A stretch of 64,000 nt of DNA from Patescibacteria group bacterium (GCA_028716045.1 JAQUQO010000001.1:64942-128941); one strand, 5' to 3'; counted from the first letter of the stretch, positions 1 through 9,940 are shown. Numbers and translations: made by a program. The notes: generated from the letters alone by a model not told the origin.

Positions 1-2043
1 TTGGATTTTCTTTCCACAATATCACCCTCGTTACATTCGGGGCATTTAACCCCCGTTTCCTTAGCAAGGGATTTTATATTTTTACATTCCGGATATTTTG
101 AACAACCCAAAAATTTCCCGAAGCGGCCCCTTTTTATCACCATCGGCGAGCCGCATTTGGCGCAGAGTTCATCAGTTATTTCTTCTTCCGGTTTATTATC
201 AGTTCCGATATTTTTGGTATTTTTACAAGCTGGATAGTTAGAGCAAGCCAAGAATCTGCCGAACCGTCCGGTTTTTATCACCATCGGCGAGCCGCACTTG
301 GCGCAAACCTTGTCAGTCGGTTCTTCGGTGATTTCTTTTTTACTCACCTCTTCGTATTTCTTGTCCAGATTTTCTTTAAATGGTCCGTAAAATTCTTTAA
401 TCATCGGCTGCCATTCTTTTTTATCGTTAGCGATGGCATCCAGCTCATCTTCCATTTTGGCGGTAAATTTGTAGTCCACAATTTGCGAAAAATGTTTTAT
501 CAATAAATCAATAACGAGAAAGGCGATGTCTTTGGGTTTGAGCCGGCGATTTTCATCGCGCTCCACGTAGCCCCTGTCAATGATAGTGCTGATGGTCGGC
601 GCGTAGGTGGATGGGCGGCCGATACCGTATTCTTCCAGAGTTTTAACAAGGGTGGCATCGGAATATCTGGCCGGCGGTTCGGTAAAATGTTGGGCGGGGA
701 TAATTTTCAGAAGATTTACTTTTTCCTCGGTGTCAATTGGCGGCAGAACATTTTCCTCGGTCTGCAGGGGGTAAATTTTTAAAAACCCGGCAAATTTTAT
801 AATAGAACCCTTGGCTCGGAAAATATCTTTTTGGGAATCGACAATGTCAATAATAGTGTTATCAATTATCGCTTCCGCCATTTGCGAAGCCAGCGCTCTT
901 TGCCAGATTAATTTATATAATTTATATTGTCGGGGGTCTAAAAAGTTTTTAATTGCTTCGGGGTGGCGGTTGACATCGGTCGGACGAATGGCTTCGTGAG
1001 CTTCCTGCGCCAGTTTGGATTGTTTTTTAAAGAAGCGCGCTTTGCTCCGGCCATACTCCGCCCCCAAATTATTTTTTATGTAATCTTGGGAGTCTTTTAA
1101 AAATTTTTCAGAAAGATTGACGGAATCGGTGCGCATATAAGTAATCAGGCCAATGGCGCCCTCGCTGCCGAGCTCCACGCCCTCATAAAGTTGCTGGGCG
1201 AGCATCATAGTTTGTTTGGCAGAATATCCCAAGCGATGATTGGCCGCTTGCTGGAGAGTGGAAGTCGTAAAAGGCGGGAGCGGAGATTTTTTAGTTTCTT
1301 TTTTGATGACCTCGGCAATTTTATAATCACCTTTTTCCAATTCTTTTTTAATTTGCGTCGCTTCAGTTTCAGAACCAATATCCATTTTGCCGATTTTTTT
1401 TCCGGCCAGTCTATACAGCGCGGCGGTGATTTTTTCTTTTTTGGCCGTGGCAAACTCACCGGCAATGCTCCAGTACTCTTCTTTCTTAAAATTTTGAATT
1501 TCTCTTTCTCTTTCCACGGTCAGCCGCACGGCCACAGATTGGACGCGCCCGGCCGAAAGACCCTTGGCCACCTTTTTCCAGAGAAACGGGGAAAGCTCAT
1601 AACCAACCAGCCGGTCCAGCACGCGGCGGGCTTGCTGGGCATCCACTAAATCCTGATTGATGGCGCGGGGAGTTTTAAGGGCGTTTAAAATCGCTTCCTT
1701 GGTAATTTCATGGAAAACAATTCTTTGGTATTTATTTTTTGGCAAATCCAGAGCGTAAGTCAGGTGCCAGGCAATCGCTTCTCCTTCGCGGTCTTCATCG
1801 GACGCCAGAATAATCTCTGCGGCTTTGCTGGCGGCTTTTTTAAGCAGGGTCACCTGTTTTTGTTTGCTCCGCGGAATGATGTATTGCGGTTCAAAATTAT
1901 TGGGGATATCAATACCCATTTTGCTTTTAGGCAAATCGCGAATATGGCCGAAAGACGATTCCACGCGGTAATTTTTATCTAAAAATTTACCGATAGTTTT
2001 GGCCTTGGTAGGAGATTCCACGATGACTAGTTTAGTTGACATG
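1..2043 (-). CDS. topA: DNA topoisomerase I (C-terminal zinc-ribbon region runs off the window start)
   Basis: Reverse-strand translation from ATG at 2043..2041 gives MSTKLVIVESPTKAKTIGKFL (Toprim start), then the type IA topoisomerase core, and CxxC...CxxC zinc-ribbon repeats near coordinate 1. The ORF has no stop inside the window. Confidence 0.9.
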
Positions 2044-2124
2044 TTAGAGGTATTGTATTAAACTATTTAGACGTTTAAATTTTTGCTTTTTAATAACTGT
2101 AATTCTGATAAAAGGAGGGAAATA

Positions 2125-2910
2125 ATGTATGTTTTATCAGGAAAAAAGATAGATTGGAAAGCGCCGGAGAAATATCTCTACGGCGATACTCCGCTTGATG
2201 AAGTGGCTGGAGATATCCCTTTGATTTTGTCGGTGCCCCACGACGGTCATTTGACTGAAATTTGCAAAAACGGCCAAGTGGTTCCTCTTAAGCGCGTGGC
2301 TCCGAACGAAAAAAGAGACGGCGGAGTGAAGTTTATCGCGTGGAACATTATAAAAAATGTTGTTGAGCGCACTGGGTGTTGCCCTTATCTTCTGGTGCAA
2401 CAGGTCCATCGGCAGTATATCAACGAAAGTATTCGTAAGTTATACTACCAAAAGATTTTAGAGCGCGCAAGCGATGTTCACTCGCGCTTCGGCCATTGCG
2501 TCGTCTTAGACCTCCACGGATTTTCTAAACCAGGGAGATTTGAGGACTCCGACCTGGTCCTCGGGACTATGCATCGGGAAACGGTGAATCCGGCACATAA
2601 TCTGGACCGCGGGCTGGCTTTTTATCTTGGATTAATCGGCGACTATACAATTTATCTTCCTAATGCCATAGCTTTTAGGGGAGAAATGTATGATGGCACG
2701 GGTCAGGGCTATCCAACGGTGATAAATTATTTAAACCAGGAGTTTAAAAAGAACGGCGGACGGGGTAATTTTATCCAAATTGAAATTCATGGCAGATTTC
2801 GGGGGAGAGACGAAGAAGAGCGGGCCAAAGGCGAATTATTATCAAAATATTTTGCCGAAGCCTTGATTAATTTATTCACCGAATTAAAAATGAATGCCAA
2901 GCGCTCTTAA
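2125..2910 (+). CDS. N-formylglutamate amidohydrolase-like (FGase family) zinc hydrolase
   Basis: Start ATG 2125 lies 7 nt after a strong AAGGAGG RBS (2112-2118). Motifs SVPHDGH and VVLDLHGFS resemble the FGase family metal-binding signatures. The family call is tentative. Confidence 0.4.
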   Translation: MYVLSGKKIDWKAPEKYLYGDTPLDEVAGDIPLILSVPHDGHLTEICKNGQVVPLKRVAPNEKRDGGVKFIAWNIIKNVVERTGCCPYLLVQQVHRQYINESIRKLYYQKILERASDVHSRFGHCVVLDLHGFSKPGRFEDSDLVLGTMHRETVNPAHNLDRGLAFYLGLIGDYTIYLPNAIAFRGEMYDGTGQGYPTVINYLNQEFKKNGGRGNFIQIEIHGRFRGRDEEERAKGELLSKYFAEALINLFTELKMNAKRS

Positions 2911-2924
2911 ACAGAGCGCTTTTT

Positions 2925-4034
2925 TTATCTCGCCAAAATATAATTCATGCCGCCTAAATTTTTAACCTTGCCCTTCATCTCCATCAGCGTCAGGGCGCTG
3001 GCCGTTTCCGCGGCGTTCAGTTTAGTTTCTCGCACCAGCTCGTCAATATGTTTCGGTTCTTTGGAAAGATAAAGCAACAGTTTTTCTTCAGAGGGATTAT
3101 CAGCAAGAATTTTTTGGTTGGCGGTAAATATCTCCGAGTTTTCCAGATTTAATGTTTCTAAAATATCCTCGGCGGAAGTTACGGCCCGCGCCCCCATTTT
3201 TATTAAATTATTGGGTCCGATGGAGGTTTTACTGTAGATATTGCCCGGCACGGCAAAGACCTCGCGGTTTTGTTCCAGGGCACAGCGGGCGGTGATGAGC
3301 GCGCCGGATTCTTCGCCCGCTTCCACAATAAGCGTTCCCAGAGAAAGCCCGGCGATAATTCTGTTTCTCGCGGGGAAGTGGTGCTTCAGGGGCGGGGTGC
3401 CGATGGGGTGTTCAGAAATTATCGCTCCTCCCTCGGCAATGATTTTTTCCGCCAGACAGCGATTGGCCACCGGATAAACGCTGTTTTTATCAGCCCCGCT
3501 TCCGAGAACCGCCAAAGTTTTACCGCGGTTATTAAGGGCAGCAAGATGCGCCAAGGCATCAACACCCAAAGCCAGCCCGCTGATGACGGTAATTTTATTT
3601 TGCGCCAGCCGCGCGGCAATTTCCTCCGTCACCTGTCGGCCGTAAGGCGAAATTTTTCTCGTGCCGACAACGGCAATGGTAAAGTCGTTGTTGATATCGT
3701 GGAGCGAGCCGCGATAATACAACAAATACGGGGCGTTGTATATTTCCTTGAGCAGTTTGGGATATCCGGCATCTTTGATGGTGATAATTTTCAGGTTCTC
3801 TTCTTCTACTTTTTGCCATTCTCTATCCGGCTCTATCTCTTGGCGTTTAATGATGAATTCTTCGGCAATGTTTTCTTCCAGCCCCGCTTTTTTTAGTTCC
3901 GAAAAAGAAGCCCGCCACGCACCGGCTATGTCGGGGAAATAATTTAATAATTTATTAAATCGGACCGGACCGATTTTGGGGAATTGAGTAAGAGCTACCC
4001 AATAAGAAAGTTCATTTGCCATTTTCTTTAACAA
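2925..4034 (-). CDS. dprA: DNA processing protein DprA/Smf
   Basis: GTRKISPYGRQVTEEIAARLAQNKITVISGLALGVDALAHLAAL...AVLGSGAD is a Rossmann-like DprA core. It is followed by a C-terminal winged-helix-like tail. Confidence 0.9.
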   Translation of the reverse strand: MLKKMANELSYWVALTQFPKIGPVRFNKLLNYFPDIAGAWRASFSELKKAGLEENIAEEFIIKRQEIEPDREWQKVEEENLKIITIKDAGYPKLLKEIYNAPYLLYYRGSLHDINNDFTIAVVGTRKISPYGRQVTEEIAARLAQNKITVISGLALGVDALAHLAALNNRGKTLAVLGSGADKNSVYPVANRCLAEKIIAEGGAIISEHPIGTPPLKHHFPARNRIIAGLSLGTLIVEAGEESGALITARCALEQNREVFAVPGNIYSKTSIGPNNLIKMGARAVTSAEDILETLNLENSEIFTANQKILADNPSEEKLLLYLSKEPKHIDELVRETKLNAAETASALTLMEMKGKVKNLGGMNYILAR

Positions 4035-4103
4035 AAATGATTATTTGTAATATAATATAAATGTTGGTATTATTATAGCACAAACTTTTCAGAGGAGGGA
4101 AAA

Positions 4104-4211
4104 ATGTTAGAATTTGAGACATGGAAAATTGCTGTTGTCGTCGCAGGAGCGGTGGCTTTTGTGGCGATATGGTGGGGGCTGAAAAAAATAGCTAAAAGAA
4201 AGCTCTTTTGA
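4104..4211 (+). CDS. 35-aa small hydrophobic protein (hypothetical)
   Basis: GAGGAGG RBS at 4091-4098 precedes ATG 4104. The product MLEFETWKIAVVVAGAVAFVAIWWGLKKIAKRKLF is a single TM helix, and a rho-independent terminator follows. Not in the ORF track (too short). Confidence 0.3.
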   Translation: MLEFETWKIAVVVAGAVAFVAIWWGLKKIAKRKLF

Positions 4212-4249
4212 AAAAGAAAAAGCGGGCCGGCCAAGTTGAAAAAAAGGAT

Positions 4250-4284
4250 GTTCCCGTTCCAAATTTTAGGAACGGGATTTTTTT
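4250..4284 (+). terminator. Rho-independent terminator
   Basis: TCCCGTTCC (4252-4260) and GGAACGGGA (4269-4277) form a 9-bp stem with an 8-nt loop. Seven T residues follow at 4278-4284. Confidence 0.55.
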
Positions 4285-4288
4285 ATCC

Positions 4289-4343
4289 TTGACACGTCGG
4301 TCGCGACAGACGTGTCTTGACAGAAAACGGTAATTATTATATC
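4289..4343 (+). promoter_or_regulatory. Putative promoter with overlapping palindromic operator upstream of the FHA-domain gene
   Basis: There are two TTGACA hexamers (4289-4294, 4317-4322). They bracket a perfect 8-bp inverted repeat GACACGTC-N10-GACGTGTC (4291-4316) whose centre is the palindrome GTCGCGAC. An AT-rich TATTAT/TATATC -10-like stretch lies at 4335-4343. Confidence 0.3.
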
Positions 4344-4413
4344 ATTTTCTAATTAGTTGTTTGAAAATAAAGTGTTTTTTTGTTGTTAACCTATAATTTA
4401 GGAGGAAAAAGAA

Positions 4414-6183
4414 ATGAGCGACGAAAAGAAGAATGGGAATGGGGACACGGATGGTAAAGAGGGCGAAACTCCAAAGAAGCCAGGTACAAGTTCAATGCGG
4501 CTCGGCGAATTGCTGGTGCGGGAAAATCTTATTTCAGCGCAGCAATTGCAAAGGGCGATTGAGGCCCAGCGGGTTGAGGGTGGAAGGTTAAATTTCCACC
4601 TTACCAAGTTGGGGCTGATTGATGAAAAGCAGTTAACCGGGTTTCTTGCTAAGCAGTATCGTATTCCGGCGGTTGATTTGCGGAAGATTGAAATCTCTCC
4701 CGAAATCATTAAGCTCATCCCTAAAGAGCTCGCCGAGAAGCATATGGTTATCGCCATAACACGCAACGAGCAGACGTTAATGCTCGCGATGAGCGACCCG
4801 TCAAACATCTTTGCCATTGACGACGTCAAGTTTATCACCGACTACAATATTGAAGCGGTGGTGGCGTCGGAAGAGGCGATTCTGGAGGCAATTGATAAGT
4901 ATTATGGGAAAGGTGAAGAAAAAGAAAAATTTTTGGGACCGCCCGTATTTGAAAAGCCGGGCCCCGAGGATATAGCAAGGGTAAACGAGGAAATGGCCAA
5001 TGACGCACCGGTGGTAAAACTGGTTAACTTGATTCTTCTTGACGCCATTAAGAAGGCAGCAACGGAGATTTATCTTGCTTACGCAAAAGCTGGCGGTTTT
5101 TCCGTAGAGTATTGTATTAACGGCGAGAAAAACCAGGCGATGATTCCGCCCCAAAAGTTACAGCCGGCTATTTTCGCCCGTCTGAAAATAATGGCCGGAC
5201 TGGATATTAGTAAGGTCGGGATTCTCCAAATAGGCACAATAGAGTTAAAGTTTAACGATGATGCCGACGCTTTCGTATTTTACCTTTGTGTTTTGCCCGA
5301 TGGAGGAGAAAGGAAAGAAGAAATTACCATCTTTTTGCGAGGTAAAAAAACGGGAACCGCTGCGATAGAGAGAAACTTTTGTAGGCAGTTTAGGAAACCC
5401 ACTGGCATACCCAACAAAGAAAATAAAGAGCCGCTGAAGTATGTTTTGCGGTTTATCGCCGGCAAATACAAGGGCGGCAGTTTTCCGCTCGAAGCGGATA
5501 AGGAGATTATACTCGGCCGTTCAGCTGACTGCGATGTAGCTCTTGTGGAGGATATGGTCAGTAAAAGACATGCTCGCATTACCTGTGGAAAAAACGAATT
5601 CTATATCCAAGATTTAGGCACCACCAATGGCACTTTTGTCAATGGAGAACGGGTACAAAAAAAGAAACTCGTTGTTGGCGATAGAATAACGATTGGGGCC
5701 AGTGTTTTAAAAATGACGGCGGGTGAAGCTGCGAGTCCTCCCGATTTCTCCGACATTAAGCCGGAAATGAATGAATTAATGGAAAAGTTTAAGCCGCAGG
5801 AAGTATCGGGAAAACAGAAAGTAGCGGAGAAAAAGAAAAGGGAGCAAAGCAAAAAACCGCCGAAATATATTCTTACCGTTACAGCTGGTCCATATCAGGG
5901 GGGAGAACGCCCGCTTGACCTCAAGGAGGGAGAAGCTCTAATAATCGGCCATTCAAGCGAAATGGATATAGCGCTTCCGAGAGACGATGAGGTTAGTCAG
6001 AAACACGCTCGCATCACTCGCGAAAACGGGAAATACTATATTGCCGATCTTTACTCCGAAAGCGGTACTTATGTGAATAAAAAGCGGCTGAATCCGGTTG
6101 AGAAAAAGGCAATCGGCCCCGGCGATATTATCAAAATCGGGACTAACGAATTTCGGCTGGATAAGGGAAAAAAGAAAAAGTAG
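4414..6183 (+). CDS. PilB/GspE N-terminal (MshEN-like + N2) domain protein fused to two FHA domains; no ATPase core
   Basis: Residues about 28-165 match the T2SS-E N-terminal domain (RLGELLVRENLISAQQLQRAIEAQ ... LGLIDEKQLTGFLAKQY ... MSDPSNIFAIDDVKF). Residues about 190-275 match the PilB N2 domain (DAPVVKLVNLILLDAIKKAATEIY...IFARLKIMAGLDIS). No Walker A/B is present. Two FHA-like segments follow (GRSADCDVALVEDMVSKRHARI...TNGTFVNGERV and GHSSEMDIALPRDDEVSQKHARI...SGTYVNKKRL). Confidence 0.75.
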   Translation: MSDEKKNGNGDTDGKEGETPKKPGTSSMRLGELLVRENLISAQQLQRAIEAQRVEGGRLNFHLTKLGLIDEKQLTGFLAKQYRIPAVDLRKIEISPEIIKLIPKELAEKHMVIAITRNEQTLMLAMSDPSNIFAIDDVKFITDYNIEAVVASEEAILEAIDKYYGKGEEKEKFLGPPVFEKPGPEDIARVNEEMANDAPVVKLVNLILLDAIKKAATEIYLAYAKAGGFSVEYCINGEKNQAMIPPQKLQPAIFARLKIMAGLDISKVGILQIGTIELKFNDDADAFVFYLCVLPDGGERKEEITIFLRGKKTGTAAIERNFCRQFRKPTGIPNKENKEPLKYVLRFIAGKYKGGSFPLEADKEIILGRSADCDVALVEDMVSKRHARITCGKNEFYIQDLGTTNGTFVNGERVQKKKLVVGDRITIGASVLKMTAGEAASPPDFSDIKPEMNELMEKFKPQEVSGKQKVAEKKKREQSKKPPKYILTVTAGPYQGGERPLDLKEGEALIIGHSSEMDIALPRDDEVSQKHARITRENGKYYIADLYSESGTYVNKKRLNPVEKKAIGPGDIIKIGTNEFRLDKGKKKK

Positions 6184-6207
6184 CCAAGACAATAATTCCC
6201 AAAACAA

Positions 6208-6242
6208 AATCCCTTCCGATAAATATCGGAGAGGGATTTTTT
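6208..6242. terminator. Bidirectional terminator between convergent FHA gene and pth
   Basis: AAATCCCTTCCGAT and ATCGGAGAGGGATTT form an imperfect long stem with loop AAAT. T-rich tracts follow on the + strand and A-rich tracts on the other strand. Confidence 0.45.
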
Positions 6243-6253
6243 ATTTTTATGCT

Positions 6254-6793
6254 TTAATTATATTTATTCATCGCTCTTTCGGCGCTTTCAGTAAGGATTG
6301 TCAGCAGCGCCTCTTTGGCGGTTTTGATTACGTTCTTTAATTTTTTTTCTTCGCTCGGCGAGAATCGCTGCAGGACAAATTTTTCGGCGGGAATTTTAGC
6401 TCTTTGGTTGTTGGCTGTACCAAGGCGCACTCGCGTAAAATCAGGGGACTTTATTTTTTTCAGCACTGATTCCAAGCCTTTATGCCCGCCGGAAGAACCC
6501 GATTTTTTAATGCGCATTGTGCCGAAGGGCAGGTCAAGGTCATCATAAACCACGATGATATTTTCCGGCTTTATTTTATAAAATTGTTTAGTTGTTGCCA
6601 CTGCTTCCCCCGACAAATTCATAAAAGTTTGCGGTTTTAGATAAATTGTATTTTTTTCTTTGGCAATCTCCCCTTTGAGTTTTTTATTTTCTTTCCAATC
6701 CAAATCCAGGGCATCTAAAACGCGCCAGCCGATATTGTGTCTGGTTTTTTCGTATTCTTTGCCCGGGTTGCCGAGGCCGACAATTAATTTCAT
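6254..6793 (-). CDS. pth: Peptidyl-tRNA hydrolase
   Basis: MKLIVGLGNPGKEYEKTRHNIGWRVLD is the canonical Pth N-terminus. The 179-aa length fits. Confidence 0.92.
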   Translation of the reverse strand: MKLIVGLGNPGKEYEKTRHNIGWRVLDALDLDWKENKKLKGEIAKEKNTIYLKPQTFMNLSGEAVATTKQFYKIKPENIIVVYDDLDLPFGTMRIKKSGSSGGHKGLESVLKKIKSPDFTRVRLGTANNQRAKIPAEKFVLQRFSPSEEKKLKNVIKTAKEALLTILTESAERAMNKYN

Positions 6794-6809
6794 GTATTTA
6801 TGATAAATT

Positions 6810-8207
6810 TTAACGATGTTTTATTACCAAATGAATCGGTGTGCCCGTAAAACCAAAAGTTTTCCGCATTTGTTTTTCTATAAAGCGGACGTAATTTTCG
6901 TCCAGAACGACTTTTTTACTGATGATAATTTGAAACTTCGGCGGGTTGGTGTCAATTTGGTTTATTTCATAAATATAAGGATGGCGCGTTGGTTTGCCAA
7001 ATCCTCCGCCGGTGGCGCCGCTGCCTCTGGTCGGCGGGTGTATTTTAATTATTTTTTTCAAGAATTTATCCAATTGGCTTTGAGTGATTTCTTTGTTTCT
7101 TTCGGCACAAACTTCCAGAGCCAAATCTAAAGTTTTTCTGGCGCTTTTGCCGGTTTTGGCGGAAATAAAAATTATCGGCGCCCAAGAGAGCTGGGGCAGA
7201 CGGGAATAATAATAATCAACGAATTTGTTGATGGTGGCAGAATCTTTTTCTTCAATTAAATCCCATTTGTTGGCGATTATAATAATTCCCACTCCATAGT
7301 TAACTATAGTTTCGGCAAGTTGGGAATCCTGCACGGTAAGCGCTTCGCTCGCGTCGGTGACAAAAAAGGCGATGTCGGATTCCCCCAAGCTTTGAATGCT
7401 TTTAGCCACGCCCATTCTTTCCAGACCAGATTCCACTCTGGCTTTTTTTCTGATACCCGCGGTGTCCACCAGCAGAAAGTTTTTATTTTTATATTCCATC
7501 AAGATATTTTCCGGTTCTCTGGTGGTATGGGCAATGGGACTGGTGATGACGCGCTCTTCGCCGAGTAGCGCGTTTAAGAGAGACGATTTGCCGACGTTGG
7601 GCTTGCCGATAAAAGAAATTTTGATGCTCTCTACCTTTTCCAGAGTGGTTTTCTTGATTTTTAATTTTTTGAAAGTGTCGGTCAGTTTATCCAGCAGGTC
7701 GCCCACGCCCGAACCGTTGGCCGCGGAAATAGCCGTTGGTTCGCCTAAATTGAGTTTGGGCCATTCCAAAGAAAGATATTCGGCTCTTAATTTTGGATTA
7801 TCAATTTTATTTATCACCAAAATCGTCGGTTTGCGGGTTTGTTTTATCGCTCTAGCCAGTTCTTTATCGGGTGAAAGAATCCCTTCGCGCCCGTCCACCA
7901 TAAAAATAATCACCTCCGCTTCGTCCAAAGCGATTTGAGTTTGCTTTTGAATGGCCTCCTCAATTTCTTCCCCGGCCTTAAATCCGGTTTTTCGTATTGC
8001 CATAATACCACCGGTGTCAATGATTTTAAAACCATAACCATTCCAAAAAGTGTCGGCAAAGTGGCGGTCGCGCGTAGTTCCGGGAACGGGAGAAGTCAAA
8101 GAAAGGTGTTTTTCCGCCAGACGATTAAAAAGCGTGGATTTACCCACATTCATTTTGCCGATGATTACTACTTTGGGCAGTTGGTTTTTGGAAGATTTAG
8201 TTAACAT
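6810..8207 (-). CDS. der: Ribosome-associated GTPase Der/EngA
   Basis: Two tandem GTPase domains (VVIIGKMNVGKSTLFN and ISFIGKPNVGKSSLLN) are followed by a KH-like C-terminal domain. The start is chosen at the internal Met (MLTKSS...). The upstream ATG at 8267 would overlap the LCP gene by 59 nt. Confidence 0.85.
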   Translation of the reverse strand: MLTKSSKNQLPKVVIIGKMNVGKSTLFNRLAEKHLSLTSPVPGTTRDRHFADTFWNGYGFKIIDTGGIMAIRKTGFKAGEEIEEAIQKQTQIALDEAEVIIFMVDGREGILSPDKELARAIKQTRKPTILVINKIDNPKLRAEYLSLEWPKLNLGEPTAISAANGSGVGDLLDKLTDTFKKLKIKKTTLEKVESIKISFIGKPNVGKSSLLNALLGEERVITSPIAHTTREPENILMEYKNKNFLLVDTAGIRKKARVESGLERMGVAKSIQSLGESDIAFFVTDASEALTVQDSQLAETIVNYGVGIIIIANKWDLIEEKDSATINKFVDYYYSRLPQLSWAPIIFISAKTGKSARKTLDLALEVCAERNKEITQSQLDKFLKKIIKIHPPTRGSGATGGGFGKPTRHPYIYEINQIDTNPPKFQIIISKKVVLDENYVRFIEKQMRKTFGFTGTPIHLVIKHR

Positions 8208-8208
8208 C

Positions 8209-9783
8209 TTAGTTGGTGTTAGGCAACATCGGACGGGTAGCCAGATTGCCGTTTTTAATGGCGCCATTTAAAAGTTCTTCGTTAAAAATAAGCGGGATGG
8301 TGTTTTGCCCGAGAATAATTAAAAAATCCGCCGCGCTATTTATATTTTTTTTATAGAGTTGCGCGGTTTCAGAATTCAATAACATATTACCCGTACCAGA
8401 GAGAGAGGTAGTCAACCATCCCGGGAGAGTGAGGGCGATATTGGCGTTCAGCTCTTCTTTAAGGGTGCGCAGGGCTTCCGGCTCTTGGCCGTCCGTTAAA
8501 TCGTAAATGATAGTTTTGGTGTAATCTTGTTTTTCCGCGTTGCCGATTTTGATGGTTTCGTAGCCATATTTATATAGCCGGTAGGAAGTTTTCCCTGCCA
8601 GCCCATTCTTTTTTGTCCCATTTAAAATTTCCAGCCGGATTGGTTTTTTTGTTTCCATGCTGTTGATGGCGATACTGGTGGGCGTGGAAGTAAAGATGTT
8701 TTGAGCAAGATAGGATAATTCCGACCAGTCGCCTGATTTTGGTTTTAAAATAAAGGCGCCATCAATAGTGACAGCCGAATAAAGAAGATTGTCGGGGCTG
8801 TCGTCAATAATATGGCGGACAATTTTTTCAGTGTCTATTTTTTTAGCCACATCAACAAACTTTAAAATTTCCCAAATTTCCAGATTAGTGGAAACATTGT
8901 CTTTTATGGTGTTATAGACCGAGGTTATTTTTTTAGGGTTAAGAAAGGTGGAGAAAGAAAGCGCTTTGTCTTTGGCGGCTGTTAAAACGTTCTGTTGTCT
9001 TTTGGCGCGGGCAAAATCGCCCCCCTCTGCGCCCAAAGCGTGGCGAGAGCGAGCGTATTTAAGAGCTAATTCTCCATCCATTTTTTGCCAGCCCTTTTCT
9101 ATGTAAAGGCGCTCAAATCTTGATTCGTATGGTTCGGCGTTTTCTTTACCCATAATGGGATATTGGGGATCGTCCAAAGTATTTTCCACATAAATTTCTA
9201 ACCCTCCCAGGGCGTCAATTAACTCTTCAAACCCCGCAAAGTCAACTCGGACATAATAGTGGATAGGAATGTCAAAAACATTTTCGATAGTCTTTTGGGC
9301 GATAATCGGGCCACGGCCTTTTTTATCAAATTCCCCGAGCGCGTTGGCAGCGTTAATTCTTCGCCAGATATTTTGTTCGGCGAGAGGCACATAGAGGTCT
9401 CTAGGTATAGAAAGTATAGCCGCCTGATTTTTTTTAAGGTCAACACTTAGGATGATGTTAGTATCAGTTAATTGTGACCCATCGTGAGTCCCACCCCCGA
9501 TACCCAAAAGCAGAATATTTATCCGTCCTTCCTTTTCTCCCCGCAAAGTTTTATCTTCGCTGGTGACCAAATGTTTTAGTTGAGTCCAAATGCCGCTTGG
9601 GGTTTCGGCGGTTTTCCCCCCTGTTGTGTCCTCACCCCCAAAGAAATTATAAGAAATAAATCCGGCGCCGAGGATAAGAATAACGGCAAAAAGGCAAATC
9701 AAAAATTTGCCGGCGATAATTTTTGTCGAATTTTTTTTATCCCCTTCAAAAGGATTAATTAGATTTAGTTTGGGCAAAGTCAT
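8209..9783 (-). CDS. LytR-CpsA-Psr (LCP) family cell-envelope phosphotransferase with LytR_C domain
   Basis: An N-terminal TM helix is followed by the LCP core (NILLLGIGGGTHDGSQLTDTNIILSVDLKKNQAAILSIPRDLY). The start is placed at MTLPKL because the 12 codons up to ATG 9819 are an AT-rich, promoter-like stretch. Confidence 0.8.
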   Translation of the reverse strand: MTLPKLNLINPFEGDKKNSTKIIAGKFLICLFAVILILGAGFISYNFFGGEDTTGGKTAETPSGIWTQLKHLVTSEDKTLRGEKEGRINILLLGIGGGTHDGSQLTDTNIILSVDLKKNQAAILSIPRDLYVPLAEQNIWRRINAANALGEFDKKGRGPIIAQKTIENVFDIPIHYYVRVDFAGFEELIDALGGLEIYVENTLDDPQYPIMGKENAEPYESRFERLYIEKGWQKMDGELALKYARSRHALGAEGGDFARAKRQQNVLTAAKDKALSFSTFLNPKKITSVYNTIKDNVSTNLEIWEILKFVDVAKKIDTEKIVRHIIDDSPDNLLYSAVTIDGAFILKPKSGDWSELSYLAQNIFTSTPTSIAINSMETKKPIRLEILNGTKKNGLAGKTSYRLYKYGYETIKIGNAEKQDYTKTIIYDLTDGQEPEALRTLKEELNANIALTLPGWLTTSLSGTGNMLLNSETAQLYKKNINSAADFLIILGQNTIPLIFNEELLNGAIKNGNLATRPMLPNTN

Positions 9784-9940
9784 TAGGTTGATTATATAAA
9801 ATTTTTTTAAGAAATACAAATCAGCGGGGGATAGCCAGGGATTATGGAGCAGGAGTTAGAAAGCGAAAATTTCCTTTCCTCATAGTGAGAGATTTCTCTA
9901 AAATATGAGGAGGGGCGGGCGGGGGAGTTAAAAAAGCAGT

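Noticed and set aside
1191-1649. 152-aa plus-strand ORF and 1205-1465 minus ORF within the topA region
   Set aside because: Both overlap the long topoisomerase I reading frame. Their low-complexity Phe/Lys-rich translations show no motifs.
3270-3896. 208-aa plus-strand ORF (and 3241-3477, 3736-3942) inside dprA
   Set aside because: It lies antisense to a well-supported dprA CDS. The Arg/Gly-rich low-complexity translation is typical of a shadow ORF in a GC-richer gene.
8208-8267. Upstream ATG (8267) for der giving a 59-nt overlap with the LCP gene
   Set aside because: The extra 20 residues (MAPLKTAIWLPVRCCLTPTK) are not part of the Der N-terminus. The internal Met directly precedes the G1 motif and avoids the overlap.
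9784-9819. First ATG (9819) of the LCP ORF
   Set aside because: The 12 extra codons (MYFLKKFYIINL) are encoded by an AT-rich TATAAT-containing stretch that looks like promoter or leader. The start at MTLPKL is preferred but remains uncertain.
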